The notes: generated by a model not told the origin, from the letters alone. A stretch of DNA of 62,716 nucleotides, filler included, from Stramenopiles sp. TOSAG23-6 (GCA_900128565.1; 20 parts of 20 records of this genome joined end to end with filler, not necessarily neighbours in it); one strand, 5' to 3'; positions 25,003-37,752 are shown, counted from the first letter of the whole stretch. A program made the numbers and translations.

Positions 25003-25191
25003 CATATATTTTGGAAAAATATTTGAAAAAAAATCTAAAAAAATTGTTAGGTACAAAATTTCGTACGAAAAAAAAAATTCGATTTTTTTGTNNNNNNNNN
25101 NNNNNNNNNNNNNNNNNNNNNNNNNNNNNNNNNNNTTAATTAATTAANNNNNNNNNNNNNNNNNNNNNNNNNNNNNNNNNNNNNNNNNNNN

Positions 25192-27374
25192 AAGTTTTGG
25201 CGGCATTCATCGATAATCCCCCAAAATACCTGAATGTTGAAGCTCCTGACTTGGAAGTGGCTGGGCTGTATATAATGGAATCCAATTCAAATATCTTAGC
25301 ACCATCAGCAGCAGCAACAAATTCTCCATCACCAAAGTATAAACAGGTAGAAGGAAGCAATTATATATATCAACTAGCTGGATACACACATACAAACAAA
25401 AAAGACGAAGTTAGAAAAGCTTGGTGTATTGGAAATGAAAAAGATTCTCGAGGCTTTGGATTATATATGACTCTTAGTGAATCTCCTATAACACAGGATC
25501 AACTACAAGGGTATACACAATACAATCATTATCATTCATCTAGTTTTGGCGGTCCATTTGCAAGGTTTTCGTTTTCTATGAAAGAAATTCAAGTACTGGA
25601 GATAGATGACAAAGACGGTGATGCAGTAGTTGAGGAAATAAAGCAACGAAAGCTTCATGAAATACGACTCGAAGAAGAAACGAAAAGACTCGAAGAGGAA
25701 AAGGCACAAAATTATTTGCGCTTAGAAGAAGAGTGGAACCATTCAACACCCCGTTTTATCAACATTCCGGAACCTAATAATTCTACAATTATTGGGATTT
25801 ATGTGCTGATGCGAAATGATAGTTCCCAGTTCGGTACTGACGACTTGGGCATTGTCCCATGGAAAGAAAAAAGGTTCGTTCAGGTGAAACTCTACAACAC
25901 AATGTCTGGCGAATATGTGGTACCTGATGATCCTTATTTTCTTTATCCAATTTTTGAACCAATTGCCGGTCGTTTGATGTCGTGGCACATAGGTAGATGT
26001 GATCCTGTTTCCAGGCCGGTCAATAACCTCAATCATTGCGATATTACAGGAGATGGTGAATACATGACAACAGAAATACCAGATGATGCCGAAACAGTTT
26101 GGTTTGAAACTACCACGGATGTACGAAGAACAGGTATTTTTGGTAAGAGAATACATATTCCAATAATCCCCGGTAGACCTGTATTTTCAGATTCTCATTC
26201 ATTGAAGTGGGATACACCTTTTGCATCGAGTCTAAAAGCACATCAGGACGTACAAGGTCTACTGGATTTACATACTTGGGCATCATGGTATTCATATAAG
26301 CCTTCTGGGGATGAAACTTTTAAATATCTTAAAGTCGATGGCACAGCTGTAACAGAGGAGATGCGTGGCATATATGAAAGAAGACCTTATTATAGGCCTA
26401 CTAACGATCACCGGATATATACAAAAATTGGTGGAACTTTAGGAAAAACAAAATTTGACATCGTCAGCGGAAAGATGAAAACATCATCAGGGGATATACT
26501 GAAAACATATTCAATATATCCCTTCATCATGATCGATGGTCATGGTCCTTTAGAATTTGTCACACTTGGGAACAATCCTCTTTCGAAAAGCTGGTCTTCT
26601 ATTAATATAATGGAGGGCGAGGAGTTCGGCCGTTACTACAGTGAAGATGAAATGAATGTCTCGGTCGCTAGTTCTACTGATGCCCAAGTAGCTAAACTAA
26701 AGTACTATGGCAATGCTTCTATGAATATACCGGATATACCTACTGAAGTTGTAAGAGACAAAGTAGACGCTTTGGAGAACTGGCCACTGGAATCACCAGT
26801 TGAATCGGTTTGTACAGGAGGTGAATCCCGCGTAAACATGGACCTTATTTTTGGGTGTTCATTGTGTAATGCTGAACGAGATCCCGTCTCTTTGGAAAAC
26901 ATTGAAAAAGGTGTGTGCATCTTAGGTCAGTGTCATGATGCTGAATATTTGAAGAATGTTTATCTGAATTATCCAGGCGTGACAGTGTGGCCAACACACA
27001 AAAAAGAAATTTCTGCTAACCACAGAGACTTGGTACATTTTATTGCTGATAACTACGACGATGCAGATGCATGTAGAAGCAGTAACAAACGTCGCTTGGT
27101 AACCACAAACCTCCAGAAAATTTGGCGCGGTAAAAAGGGACGAGAACAAGCTGCCGGACTAGCTGAAGTTAAACAGGTTCAAAAGGCTGCTGAAAACGTT
27201 GTTGAATTAACTCTTGGGCCAATTTTCAGCAAAGTTCTTAAATCAGCCGCTGCTTATCGAACTGATAAAGACTCTGAAGAAGCTGCTGCTCTTGCTTCAA
27301 AAAGAAGAGCCCAACTAGCTAATGCTGCTGAAAACAGGAAAGCTGCTAATATGACTAGTAGGCTAAGACCATAA
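25192..27374 (+). CDS. intronless hypothetical protein with three repeated modules, a RING/U-box-like Cys cluster and an IQ motif; 5' partial
   Basis: 725 aa ORF; LQKIWRGKKGR is IQ-like. Confidence 0.65.
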
Positions 27375-27680
27375 GCGATTTACCTTTAATTGCTTATTGA
27401 ATAAAATTTATTAATAATTTTTCCTGTAGGTAATATAAAAAAATCTCCCGTAACTTGTTTTTATGTACACAATTTAGAAACCAATAGCAGATGCTCCGAA
27501 ACTACCATTGCTGCTCCTGACCCTGCATTTTCATCAAATGACAACTGATGCACTGAAGCAGGCTGTTCAAATACACATAGTATGTACATTAAATTCTACT
27601 ATCAAAATACATGTTTATTTCTTCAATAAAGTGTAACAAATATTGAATAATTCATATAATAGTGTGCTATCCTATACACT

Positions 27681-28233
27681 CTACAAGGCATTAATAATAT
27701 CAAGGAGGTCTTGAGCTTTTGTATTACCACTATTTGATGACTTGGTGTACCATTTAATCGCTTCATTTATGTCTTTGTTGACACCTTCACCCTTTTCATA
27801 GCAATAACCAAGGTTACATTGTGCTTTTGCATAACCTGCATTTGCGGCTTTAGTATACCACTTGAAAGCTTCGTTTTTGTCTTCAGCAACACCATTGCCA
27901 TAATAGTAGCAGTTGGCAAGTTCAGTTTGTGAAATTTCGTCACCTGCATTTGCGGCTTTAGTATACCATTTAAAGGCTTCATTCATATCCTGAATGACAC
28001 CTTCACCCTCTTTATAGCAATCACCAAGGTTACCTTGTGCAAACTTGTTACCTGCATTTGCAGCTTTAGTATACCATTTAATTGCTTCATTCACATCCTT
28101 AATGACACCATCACCATTTTTATAACAATAACCAAGGTTATTTTGTGCATTTGCATTACCTGCATTTGCGGCTTTAGTATACAATTTAAAAGTTTTTTTT
28201 AGATCCTTAATGACACCTTTACCAAAATGATAG
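27681..28233 (-). CDS. SEL1-repeat protein, C-terminal part
   Basis: 36-aa repeats AQNNLGYCYKNGDGVIKDVNEAIKWYTKAANAG. Confidence 0.92.
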
Positions 28234-28333
28234 NNNNNNNNNNNNNNNNNNNNNNNNNNNNNNNNNNNNNNNNNNNNTTAATTAATTAANNNNNNNNNNN
28301 NNNNNNNNNNNNNNNNNNNNNNNNNNNNNNNNN

Positions 28334-31300
28334 TATTACCAGCGCAGTAGCCACCAGCACTGCACACTTCACATGATGTAGCCGAATTTTTATCTTTATC
28401 TTGTGTNCCTTTTCTACAAGGCGTTTGTGGTGAATTCCCGCCAAGGCATTCTGTACCAACAGGACAGACAACACAATCACTAGCTGCATCGCCGTCATGG
28501 TCGAATCGACCTGCAGCGCAAGATTCACATGTATTGTTTTTTTTTGCTGATCCAGCTAAACATGATACACATTCAGTATGAGAAGCATTTGATATAGAAC
28601 TAGATGAACATTCAGTACAAACAGTAGCTGCTTCACCTGATACAAAACCATCGGCACAAGAATGGCACTGATTATCAGTACCATTATTATATTCACCCGC
28701 AAGACATGACACACACGTAGTTTGCATTGCCAATGGTTGTATACGACCTGCGGCACAATCTTGACATATATTAGATCCATTATCATACTTTCCACTCACG
28801 CAACTAGTACACGAAGTTGCACCAGACACTGCAATTTTTCCATTTGCACAATCTATACAATTACCACTATCAGCAAACGTCCCAGCTGGACATGCGTCAC
28901 AATACATCTTTTCTTCCTCTGAATTTGTTCCAGTACAATTAATACATGTAGTATTATTAGATTCATATTTTCCTTTGGAACAGGCAGTACATAATGATGA
29001 AGCGTCTGTTGAAATAAAACCAGAACTACAATCTACACATGTATTTGAAGAAGTATCTTGGTATTTACCGGCAATACATGCTGTACAACTAAAGCCACCT
29101 ANATCCGAAATATAACCACTTGCACATNGATCACATTTGGAAGAGCCTTCAGTAGTTGTAAATTTCCCTATAGGGCATAAATCACACACATTACTGCCAT
29201 TATCATATCTTCCTTTGGTACATTTCGAACAAGAGGTCTGTGCAACTAATGGTTGGATGTATCCACTTTCACAATTGCTGCATACAAAATCACCATTGAC
29301 TTGAGTAGCATATTTACCGCGCTCACATGCAACACATTGTGTACTATTTAATGGCTTATGTCCATCACTACAATATTGGCAAACTGTTTTTGGGTCAGAA
29401 TCTAAATCAACTTTTCCAGCATTACACGTCACCATTGGATGATTATTTCCAGCACAATATTGGCCAGCTTTACAGACAACACATGGTGTGCTTGCCACAT
29501 TGTCATCATCGTATGTACCTTTTTCACAAGGTTTAGCAAGAGCATTGATACCAGAACAGTAATTTCCAGCTGAGCATTTAGTACATGGAGTCGAAGCACT
29601 ATTTGATTGACTTTGATCTTCATCTTGATATCCAGCTAGGCATGGTAATTTTGGTTTATCGTTTCCCTCACAATAATACCCCTTTTCGCATTTAACACAT
29701 TTTGTTTTAGCATCCGAATCATCATCAAAATATCCTTTAGCACATGGAAGCTTCGGCTGACTACTTCCCTGACAATAATTACCTTTTGGACATTCAATGC
29801 AAGGTGTAGCGGGGTTTGAATCTGCATCGTAAAAACCGACTTCACATAAAAGCTTTGGCGCATTAAATCCGGCGCAGTATTCACCCACGCTACATGTTAC
29901 ACATGGACTTAATGCTGACTTGTCATGGTCCCACGACCCTTTACGGCAATCAGATTTGCGTGCATTTCCACCCCGACAAAATGTTCCAACATTGCAGACC
30001 TTGCATTTAGTCCCACTGTTGTCGTCGTGATCCCAAGTTCCTGGCGGGCAAGGTATAGCTGGATAAGAAGACCCTTCGCAAAATTGTCCAATTTCGCAGT
30101 CAATACAAGGTGTAATTGAGCTCTTGTCATGATCAACAGTTCCCGCAATACATTTCAACTTTTTCGCATTTCGTCCACTACAATACGAGCCTGCTTCACA
30201 TGAAACACATGGCGAAGAACTGTCTAAATCGTCATCATGAGTTCCAGGTAAACAAGGAGATATTTCAGACGACCCACCATTGCAGAAGTTTCCAATCGGG
30301 CATGTCATACATGGACTAGTGCTGTCTTTGTCATGATCATATGTACCGGCAATGCAAGACACACGAGTGTTTGATGCACCACCAGGGCAATAGGATCCAA
30401 TAGAGCATTCAATGCAAGGCGAAGATGTTGTATCATCATCATCAACATAGCCTTTCCCACAAAATAACCGCGTATTTTTCGAACCCCCGGGACAGTACCA
30501 TCCAGCTGAACATGTTTTACAGGGAGTGGTCGGGTTATCGTCATGGTCGTATGTAGATGGTTTACATTTAATTAATTCTTTATCAAGCCCTTCACAATAC
30601 GAACCTGGTTCACACGTCAGGCATTTTGTAGCGGAGTCTTTATCTGTATCTGCTGTTCCAGGGCTACAATCGACCGGTGGAATGTCACCGCCTTCGCAAA
30701 ATGTACCAACTTTAGTACATTCAACACATGGAGTCTCACTTGAGGAATCATGATCTGTATAACCTGCTGCGCACTTAACTTTCACTGCTGCTCCTCCTGC
30801 ACAATAGAAACCACTTGAACATTTGACACATTTTGTACTTGCATCAAAGTCATCATCCCATTCACCTTTTTCACAAGGTACTTTCTCTGTGCAATACCCA
30901 CTACCATTTTCACATGACAAAGACCCACCACAATATTCACCAGCAGAGCATGCGGCACATGGATAAGCTGATGTATTCGGTGTATTATCATACGTTCCAG
31001 CGGGACAAAGCTGTGATAAAATAGAACCACCGGGACAATAAATCCCTATGCCCATGCATTGGACACACGGTGTTGATGCATCCATATCTTGGTCTTGGGT
31101 ACCTGCAGGACACCATACAGGGATTGATGTACCACCAGCACAATAACTCCCTGCAGGACAATCTAAACATTTTGTCTTTGCATCATTATCATGATCCATT
31201 GTACCAACTCCACACGGCTCAGCTATGGTAGAACCAGTGTCACAGAAATGACCAGCTGTACATTTCTCACACGGCGTGGAACTATCGCTGTCAGAATCTA

Positions 31301-31374
31301 CTTCCCCTATAATACACATCACACGCGGACCACTTGTAGCAGTACCACCGGAACAAAAGCTACCGGGAGCACAT
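28334..31374 (-). CDS. large cysteine-rich repeat surface protein (GCC2/GCC3/Ephrin-receptor-like repeats), partial
   Basis: Many ~34-aa repeats CxxGxYCxGG....CxxGTxDxDxxxxTPC, then CxxG(K/Y) repeats. Confidence 0.85.
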
Positions 31375-31527
31375 NNNNNNNNNNNNNNNNNNNNNNNNNN
31401 NNNNNNNNNNNNNNNNNNTTAATTAATTAANNNNNNNNNNNNNNNNNNNNNNNNNNNNNNNNNNNNNNNNNNNNTGTACCTAACAATTTTTTTTAGATTT
31501 TTTTTGAAATATTTTTCCAAAATACAT

Positions 31528-32279
31528 GTGCTAGTGGTATTGGGTCTGGGACGTCATCCCGTCGCGATTGTAATATGTTAAGTTCTATCATTGATCATCA
31601 GTTTGCACATGCAATATCCTCTGAAAATTTGACTAGTCAAACTACTGTAATGACACTACTGCCTTATATGTTTGCTGCAGCCTTTACAAGCGATGGTTGG
31701 AAAGGTGCAGTATATATGCCTCAAATTGAAGCAATGGCGAATAGTGCACATGTCACATTGAAGACAATCATTCAGGTATGTGGCGCAATGGCATTCAATG
31801 CTACTAAACAAGGTAATACTGTAAAGGAATCTCCACCTGGGACATCAATGGACGAAACATTACGAAATGAATTAAAACATAATTTAAATACTTTTATGAA
31901 ATGTGGTTCTGGTGTAATTCTTGCAATGAAGTGTGAAGAAACAGAGGCTGGGGGTTCAGCATATATAAGTTATCCTATTCGTGCCATGTTTGAAATGATG
32001 CATAAATTTCCCGACATGTGTGGAAATATTTGTGAGCATTCTGAATTGGAAATGTATTTACCGAACGCACTTGCTTCTTCAGCTAATGTAGATATCGTCT
32101 TAGGTCGCCAAAGATCAGTCGATAAACCTGATCCTAATGCCCTTGCTGGACTTATTTCGAATGCGAGATGTCGCACAACATCATCAGGATTAGAACGGGC
32201 TCGGAAGACTTCTTCGGCATCAACAAATCAAAGAAATTCACTGAAAGAAATACAGACGAATAATAAATCTAGAAATTAG
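31528..32279 (+). CDS. NCKAP1: Nck-associated protein 1 (NAP1/HEM, WAVE complex), last exon
   Basis: LLPYMFAAAF..W...Y.P.IE..AN.AH....I...LNTFM...S..IL...LEMYLP resembles the NCKAP1 C-terminus. Confidence 0.65.
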
Positions 32280-32365
32280 TGTACACAATTGACTACGTAG
32301 TGTTTTTACAGACGAATAATAAATCTAGAAATTAGTGTACATAATTGACTACGTAGTGTTTTTAC
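32251..32365. repeat. 56-bp tandem duplication spanning the stop codon and 3' UTR
   Basis: TACAGACGAATAATAAATCTAGAAATTAGTGTACA(C/T)AATTGACTACGTAGTGTTTT occurs twice. Confidence 0.85.
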
Positions 32366-32732
32366 GTACAAATTTTTGATTTGAATAAAAAAAATAAGTT
32401 ACCCTGAATTTTTTAATGGCCATGGTGGCCGATTCAAGTGAATATTTTTTGATATATGTGTATGTACCTTTTTTGATTATGTTATGTATGTAAACTAAGT
32501 TAAAATGTCATAAAAATATAAATTTTTTTCTGCGGTGTGGACAAACCTGCTCCGATCCTTTTTTTCGGACGACGTGTTCACGAGTGTTGTTTTTGTTTTT
32601 TGACTTTTTGACCCGAGTTGAACGAACGAGGTAGCTGCAGCGAATACGCTTCTTACAACACAAACTTAAATTGCCCCATTAACAGGCCAACTCTGTACAT
32701 TTTAAAGCTAGTTCACTAGATAATAGAGTAAA

Positions 32733-33084
32733 ATGCCTATGCAATCTGTGCCTGCGATGGCGGCAATGTCCGTCTTAATCACATTAATCGGTGGTGGTCT
32801 CTATGCTGTGGACAAATATATCGACCCTAGAGTACGTGCCATTGTTCCATGTATTATCTAAGTTTCTTTTCGTGCTGATTTAATTTTTTTTTGTGTTTAT
32901 ACTCGTGCATTATATATCTCCATACACTAACTTTGTATTGATAATTGCTATATTTATACTATAACAGAACCTTCCTAATAATGCTCGTGGAAACGGTCAG
33001 TGGAATCACGAAATGTGGTTACGCGACATGCGCTTGGAAAAAGAAGCAGCGGAAGCACCTAGGAGACGCAAAGCTTTTGAATGA
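32733..33084 (+). CDS. small protein, NADH dehydrogenase subunit NDUFA1 (MWFE)-like; exons 32733-32831 and 32968-33084
   Basis: MPMQSVPAMAAMSVLITLIGGGLYAVDKYIDPR|NLPNNARGNGQWNHEMWLRDMRLEKE…; N-terminal TM plus W..M..RD.RL motif. Missed by the ORF track. Confidence 0.65.
32832..32967 (+). other. canonical GT-AG intron (not of the repeated family)
   Basis: GTACGT donor, CACTAAC branch, AACAG acceptor, phase 0. Confidence 0.8.
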
Positions 33085-33269
33085 CGCATTTTTATAGTAT
33101 AGCAAACAGGAGATTTATCAATGGTCTCCAAATTTATAAAACGTTGATTTAAATTAAGTTATGAAATTGAAAAAAGTCTTTCTTTGTATACACTTTTATA
33201 GTACTTATTATCACAAGTTACATTTTCCTGTACAATATGTCAACAGTAATAGATATATAAATATAATCA

Positions 33270-34449
33270 CTATGACAACTGACTCTTCAATATTTTGTAG
33301 ATAGCAGCACCTGCAACTTGACTTGAACTTCTCACAGTAAGTTGAAACGCATTCGCTTCAGGATTTTTTACAATGCGCAGGAGTGTTCCATATTGTGTTG
33401 ATTTACTATTTTTACCCATCTTCATCGTTTGTAGAATTCCAACACAAGTCATAGATAATGATGGATCAACGTCAATGTCCTCCACGATAGCAAATTTCAT
33501 CACACGTGTTTTATCATCACCATCTTTATAACAAATCAATTTTCGTATTTTGTCTAAATCGTTACAATTAGGTCCTATAGGGATTTGTCCTTCCGTTTGC
33601 TTCTCTTCACTTCCCAAAGATTTCCAAAGATGAGTGAATCTAGGCTTTGATAACTTAGATGTACCGACGAAATTCGTAAGAACAACAGGTAAGCGAAGAG
33701 GAAGCGTATATCGAATTCCATTGGCTACGAATTGAAGTGTAATACCTGGTGGCATTTCAAAAGGAGCATGTATTTTGGGAAAATATATATATATATTTAC
33801 CGAAATTTGTTAGGTACGAAATTTTCTATTAAATTTTTTTTTNAAATGTAGGTAAAACATTCAATTTTTGAAACGTACATAGCAAATCCATTTAATAATT
33901 TGCTTTTGTTGTTGACCAATACTGATATTTGATGGAACATCACCAACCTGAAACTTTAAAGCATTGTCTGATCCTTTCATATCCATTTTGACAGAAAATT
34001 CAACAAGATCTGAATTTGATTGGTTTCCATAGAATAATTGCATTCGTCCTTGTGCTCCTCGATATTCATGTAAGAGCCCAATTTGTATATTTTTATCTTG
34101 ATATAAAACAGAGCGAGACATGACAACTAGATTCTTGAACCAAGATAATAATTTTGGAGATAGTTCATTGGGTATACCACGTTCTTCAATTACTTTTGTT
34201 TCTGCAATATCGAGAAGATCATGTATTTTGGAAAAATATTTCAAAAAAAATTCGTTAGGTACAAAACTTCGTACGAAAAAAAATCGAATTTGAAAAAAAA
34301 AAAAAATACATCATTAGCACTCTTACCGCTAACCTCATCTCCACTATCTTCTTCATTACTATCATCTTCTCCGGACACATTATTTTGCTTAATACCAAGG
34401 ATACGGTGACTTTCTTTTCGTCTCAACTCTGAGGTTTCTCGATCAATCC
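33270..34449 (-). CDS. AP2A: AP-2 complex alpha subunit, hinge and appendage exons
   Basis: DLLD hinge motif, VLYQDKNIQIG...LFYGN, LRLPVVLTNF, F..LWKSL, LLRI..NP....LTVRS. Confidence 0.85.
33768..33878 (-). other. GT-AT intron (family member)
   Basis: TGC TAT|GTACG...CCCAAAATACAT|GCT CCT TTT gives ICYAPFEMPP. Confidence 0.85.
34221..34309 (-). other. GT-AT intron (family member)
   Basis: AAT GAT|GTATT...CCAAAATACAT|GAT CTT CTC gives SANDDLLD. Confidence 0.8.
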
Positions 34450-34614
34450 ATGCATTTAGGAAAAATATTTCAAAAAAAAAAAACTAAAATTTGTTAGGTA
34501 CAAAATTTCGTACGNNNNNNNNNNNNNNNNNNNNNNNNNNNNNNNNNNNNNNNNNNNNTTAATTAATTAANNNNNNNNNNNNNNNNNNNNNNNNNNNNNN
34601 NNNNNNNNNNNNNN

Positions 34615-35864
34615 CTATCAACATCGACTACACNANTGAATTCGATTTGATCAACTTCACCTATAGCCCTTTCAAAATTATTGATATTATCGATATTAAG
34701 TAATGGTTCAAGATGTTTTATCAATGGACTTTCCCATGAGTTTATCTGATATGGCTCAGCTGTTGCTTTTTCTGAAAATAATTTCAGGATTAATTTTTTG
34801 GAAACTTCGCGAAACGCACTTGTATTGGAGTGTTGTAACTCATTACATATGCGAAACAATTGTTTCGAGTCCAATTGCCATACAAGAAAGTTAAATAAGT
34901 CGCCAGTTTCAAAAGAATGCGCAAGCTCAATAATTATTGCCTGTTCCGAAAAAGGAAACTCTGAGAACTCACGTTTTCTTCTATCGAATAGCTGTTGTGT
35001 GGTAAGTTCAGGTTGAGGTTCAGGTTGAAGTTGAAGTTGAAGTTCAGGTTCAGGTTGAGGTTCAGGTTGAGGTTGAAGTTCAGGTTGAAGTTCAGTATCA
35101 CACTTCTTATTGTTTGGGTATAATTCAAACTGCAATGATAGTGCATAAGCAAGTCTTGTTTTTTCGATAATACGCTTTGCATGTTCTTTTTTTTCGTTTT
35201 CATCCATTGAGACTTCGACATGTTGTTGCTGTAAGATTGCAGTAAGTAGCTTCAGAAAATTCTCAACTTTTGTATCATCATCTGGCGAGTTCAATAGTTC
35301 TCTCTTGTAGCAGTCATTTCCGTCGGTGGAAAACATTTTACGAATTAAAAGGAGATCAATTTTGTAGAAATCACCATCATATTTAGTACACATATCAAAT
35401 AGCTTTTCAACACTAGGATCAATATCTACGATAACTTCAACAATGTNGGCAAGAACCTCATGTAATGCAAGATAGTTAGCAGCTTCGAGAAGTTGTGGCA
35501 GCGTGTTTTCTTCGTTCCTAATTATGTCCTTAATTGTCTCGTGAGCGTCATCTTTGTTTTCATCGTTTAGTTTCTTCTGAATGTCAAATAGGGTTTCAAG
35601 GTGCTCCGCGGATACCACTGGTAAAGGAATAGGCTTATCATCTTCAGTGTCATCGAGCATTTCGGATATCGTTTGACTCTTTAGAGCTACTGTTTCAAGG
35701 ACTTTGATTTCTTCGTTGTCACTTGATTGAACTGTAACACATGACTCGCCATTTGCAGTTCTTAAATTGTGTTTACCCTTTACTCCGTCGCGTGCAGTGT
35801 CTGCACCCATTCCTCCTATTCCTTGTGAAAGAAGTAGGATACTCAGTACAATAATATTAATCAT
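34615..35864 (-). CDS. signal-peptide-bearing SKP1/BTB-like domain protein, 3' partial
   Basis: Hydrophobic N-terminus; VTVQSSDNEEIKV..VALKSQTISEML....IPLPVVS...L...LLEAANYL is a SKP1 POZ signature. Confidence 0.75.
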
Positions 35865-36175
35865 GTTGAAGGATTAGAATTGTTAGTTTTTGTAAAGCAA
35901 ATCAGATTATATCAATGTAATCGTAGTATGCGATAAATTAAAATTACTGGCTGTTTCCGACTGGTGCTGTTCATTTGTGCTGTTCATTTTGAAATGAACA
36001 GTGACATTTTGCAGGTTTGTTCCTTTTTTTTGATTAAAAACTAAACCCTGGAGCCAAAGTCACAAAAACTAACAGATGACCGACGTAATTTACGTAAATC
36101 ATTAAATGCAATGCATGTAAATTTCTATTTCAAAGGCAATATATAATTGTTTCTTTTAGTATTTAGTTTTGTCAA

Positions 36176-37537
36176 ATGTCTGCGTCTATTGAAGCAACAA
36201 TGGGAATTGGTATTCGTTCTATAGTAGAATCTAAAACGTTTCACGCAATGTGCATGAATTTTGCGACATTATACGGCGCTTTGTTTACAATGAGTTTATT
36301 TTTGATCAACCCTTCAAAATTGACGTCCTCAAAGTCAAAGTCAACGTCTCGCTGGTTACCTCCATGTAGTTCATTCGGCAATGCAAAACGCGCCACAGAG
36401 ATATGGTTTCTTGGATACGGTTGTATTTGGATTACAGTTTTTGCATGTATAATTGGTGGAGGAATGTATAATTGGTTTGATTCTGAACACTACCTGATTG
36501 TTTGTATCGGTTTAGCTGCACCGCTGTTACTTCAGCCATTTATTTTCCCAGCTCTTACCAGTGAAGCCGATGTACCTCTCATTGAACGATATTCTTTTAA
36601 AGCAAATGTATGGATTGCTATATTTAGTTTTATTGGAAATTATTGGTATACTCATTACTTTTATAGTGTTCTAAAAGCAACCTATACATTTCCATCTCTA
36701 GATTTGAATGGTGTTCCCATCCCAATGTTTTTCGCAACCCATTTTTACTTTTCATTTTATCATACACTATCAAATTTGATATTACGTAAAATTGATACGA
36801 CATATGAAGCTGGAATTTGTCGTTTTTTATTTAGTATTGTTTTGATCATGGTAATGAGTTATACAACAGCATTTATGGAAACTTTGACAATTGCTGGATT
36901 TCCTTGTACGTTTTTGTTCACAAACCCTAACCCTAACATTTTTTTTCAAAAAAAAAATTCATAGGAAATTTTGTACCTAACAAAATAGTTTTACTTTTTT
37001 GAAATATTTTTTTAAAAAATATGTTATCAGTTTGAAGACTTTCATCAAGCATGTACTATTGGTTCTGCATTTTATGGTATTTATTTTCTTGTTAGTTTTC
37101 CAATGTTTCGAAGAATTGATGAAATTCATGTATGTTTTTTTTTGTTACTATGAAAATTGTGTACCTAACAAAATTTTTTTTTTTTTTTTTTTTGAATTTT
37201 TTTTTTGAATTTTTTTTTTGAATTTTTTTTTGATTTTTTAGAATGAATTTTTTTTTTTGGTAATCAATTCTGTACCTAACAAATTTCAAACTGTACTCCT
37301 ATTTTTTACAATACAACATATAAATGAAATTTGGATGATGACAGGTTTGTCCTCTACACCGAAGCAAAACACTGATAAAACGTGTATACAAAAAAATTCT
37401 TCATCTACCACACAATGGAAAGTACCATCGAATCTAAAATCAACAAAATCACGAAATCAAGAAATAAATTCACCTACAATAATTCAATGTAAATTCAGTG
37501 TATTTCAAGTGATTATGGAAGCTTTAGCTACGGGAAT
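36176..37537 (+). CDS. CPI1: cycloeucalenol cycloisomerase (cyclopropyl sterol isomerase), 3' partial
   Basis: RYSFKANVWIAIFSFIGNYWYTHYFY, GVPIPMFFATHFYF, TAFMET...FPCYQF...GSAFYGIYFLVSFPMF.RIDE. Confidence 0.9.
36906..37022 (+). other. GT-AT intron (family member)
   Basis: CCT T|GTACG...GTACCTAAC...AAAAATAT|GT TAT CAG TTT gives FPCYQF, matching the CPI1 FPYYEF region. Confidence 0.85.
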
Positions 37538-37558
37538 GTTTGTCTTCATGATGAATTT

Positions 37559-37595
<37 letters not shown>

Positions 37596-37752
37596 GAAAT
37601 TTTTTTCCTAAAAAATTTTTTTAAAATTTTTTTTTAAATTTTTTTTTAAAAANNNNNNNNNNNNNNNNNNNNNNNNNNNNNNNNNNNNNNNNNNNNTTAA
37701 TTAATTAANNNNNNNNNNNNNNNNNNNNNNNNNNNNNNNNNNNNNNNNNNNN

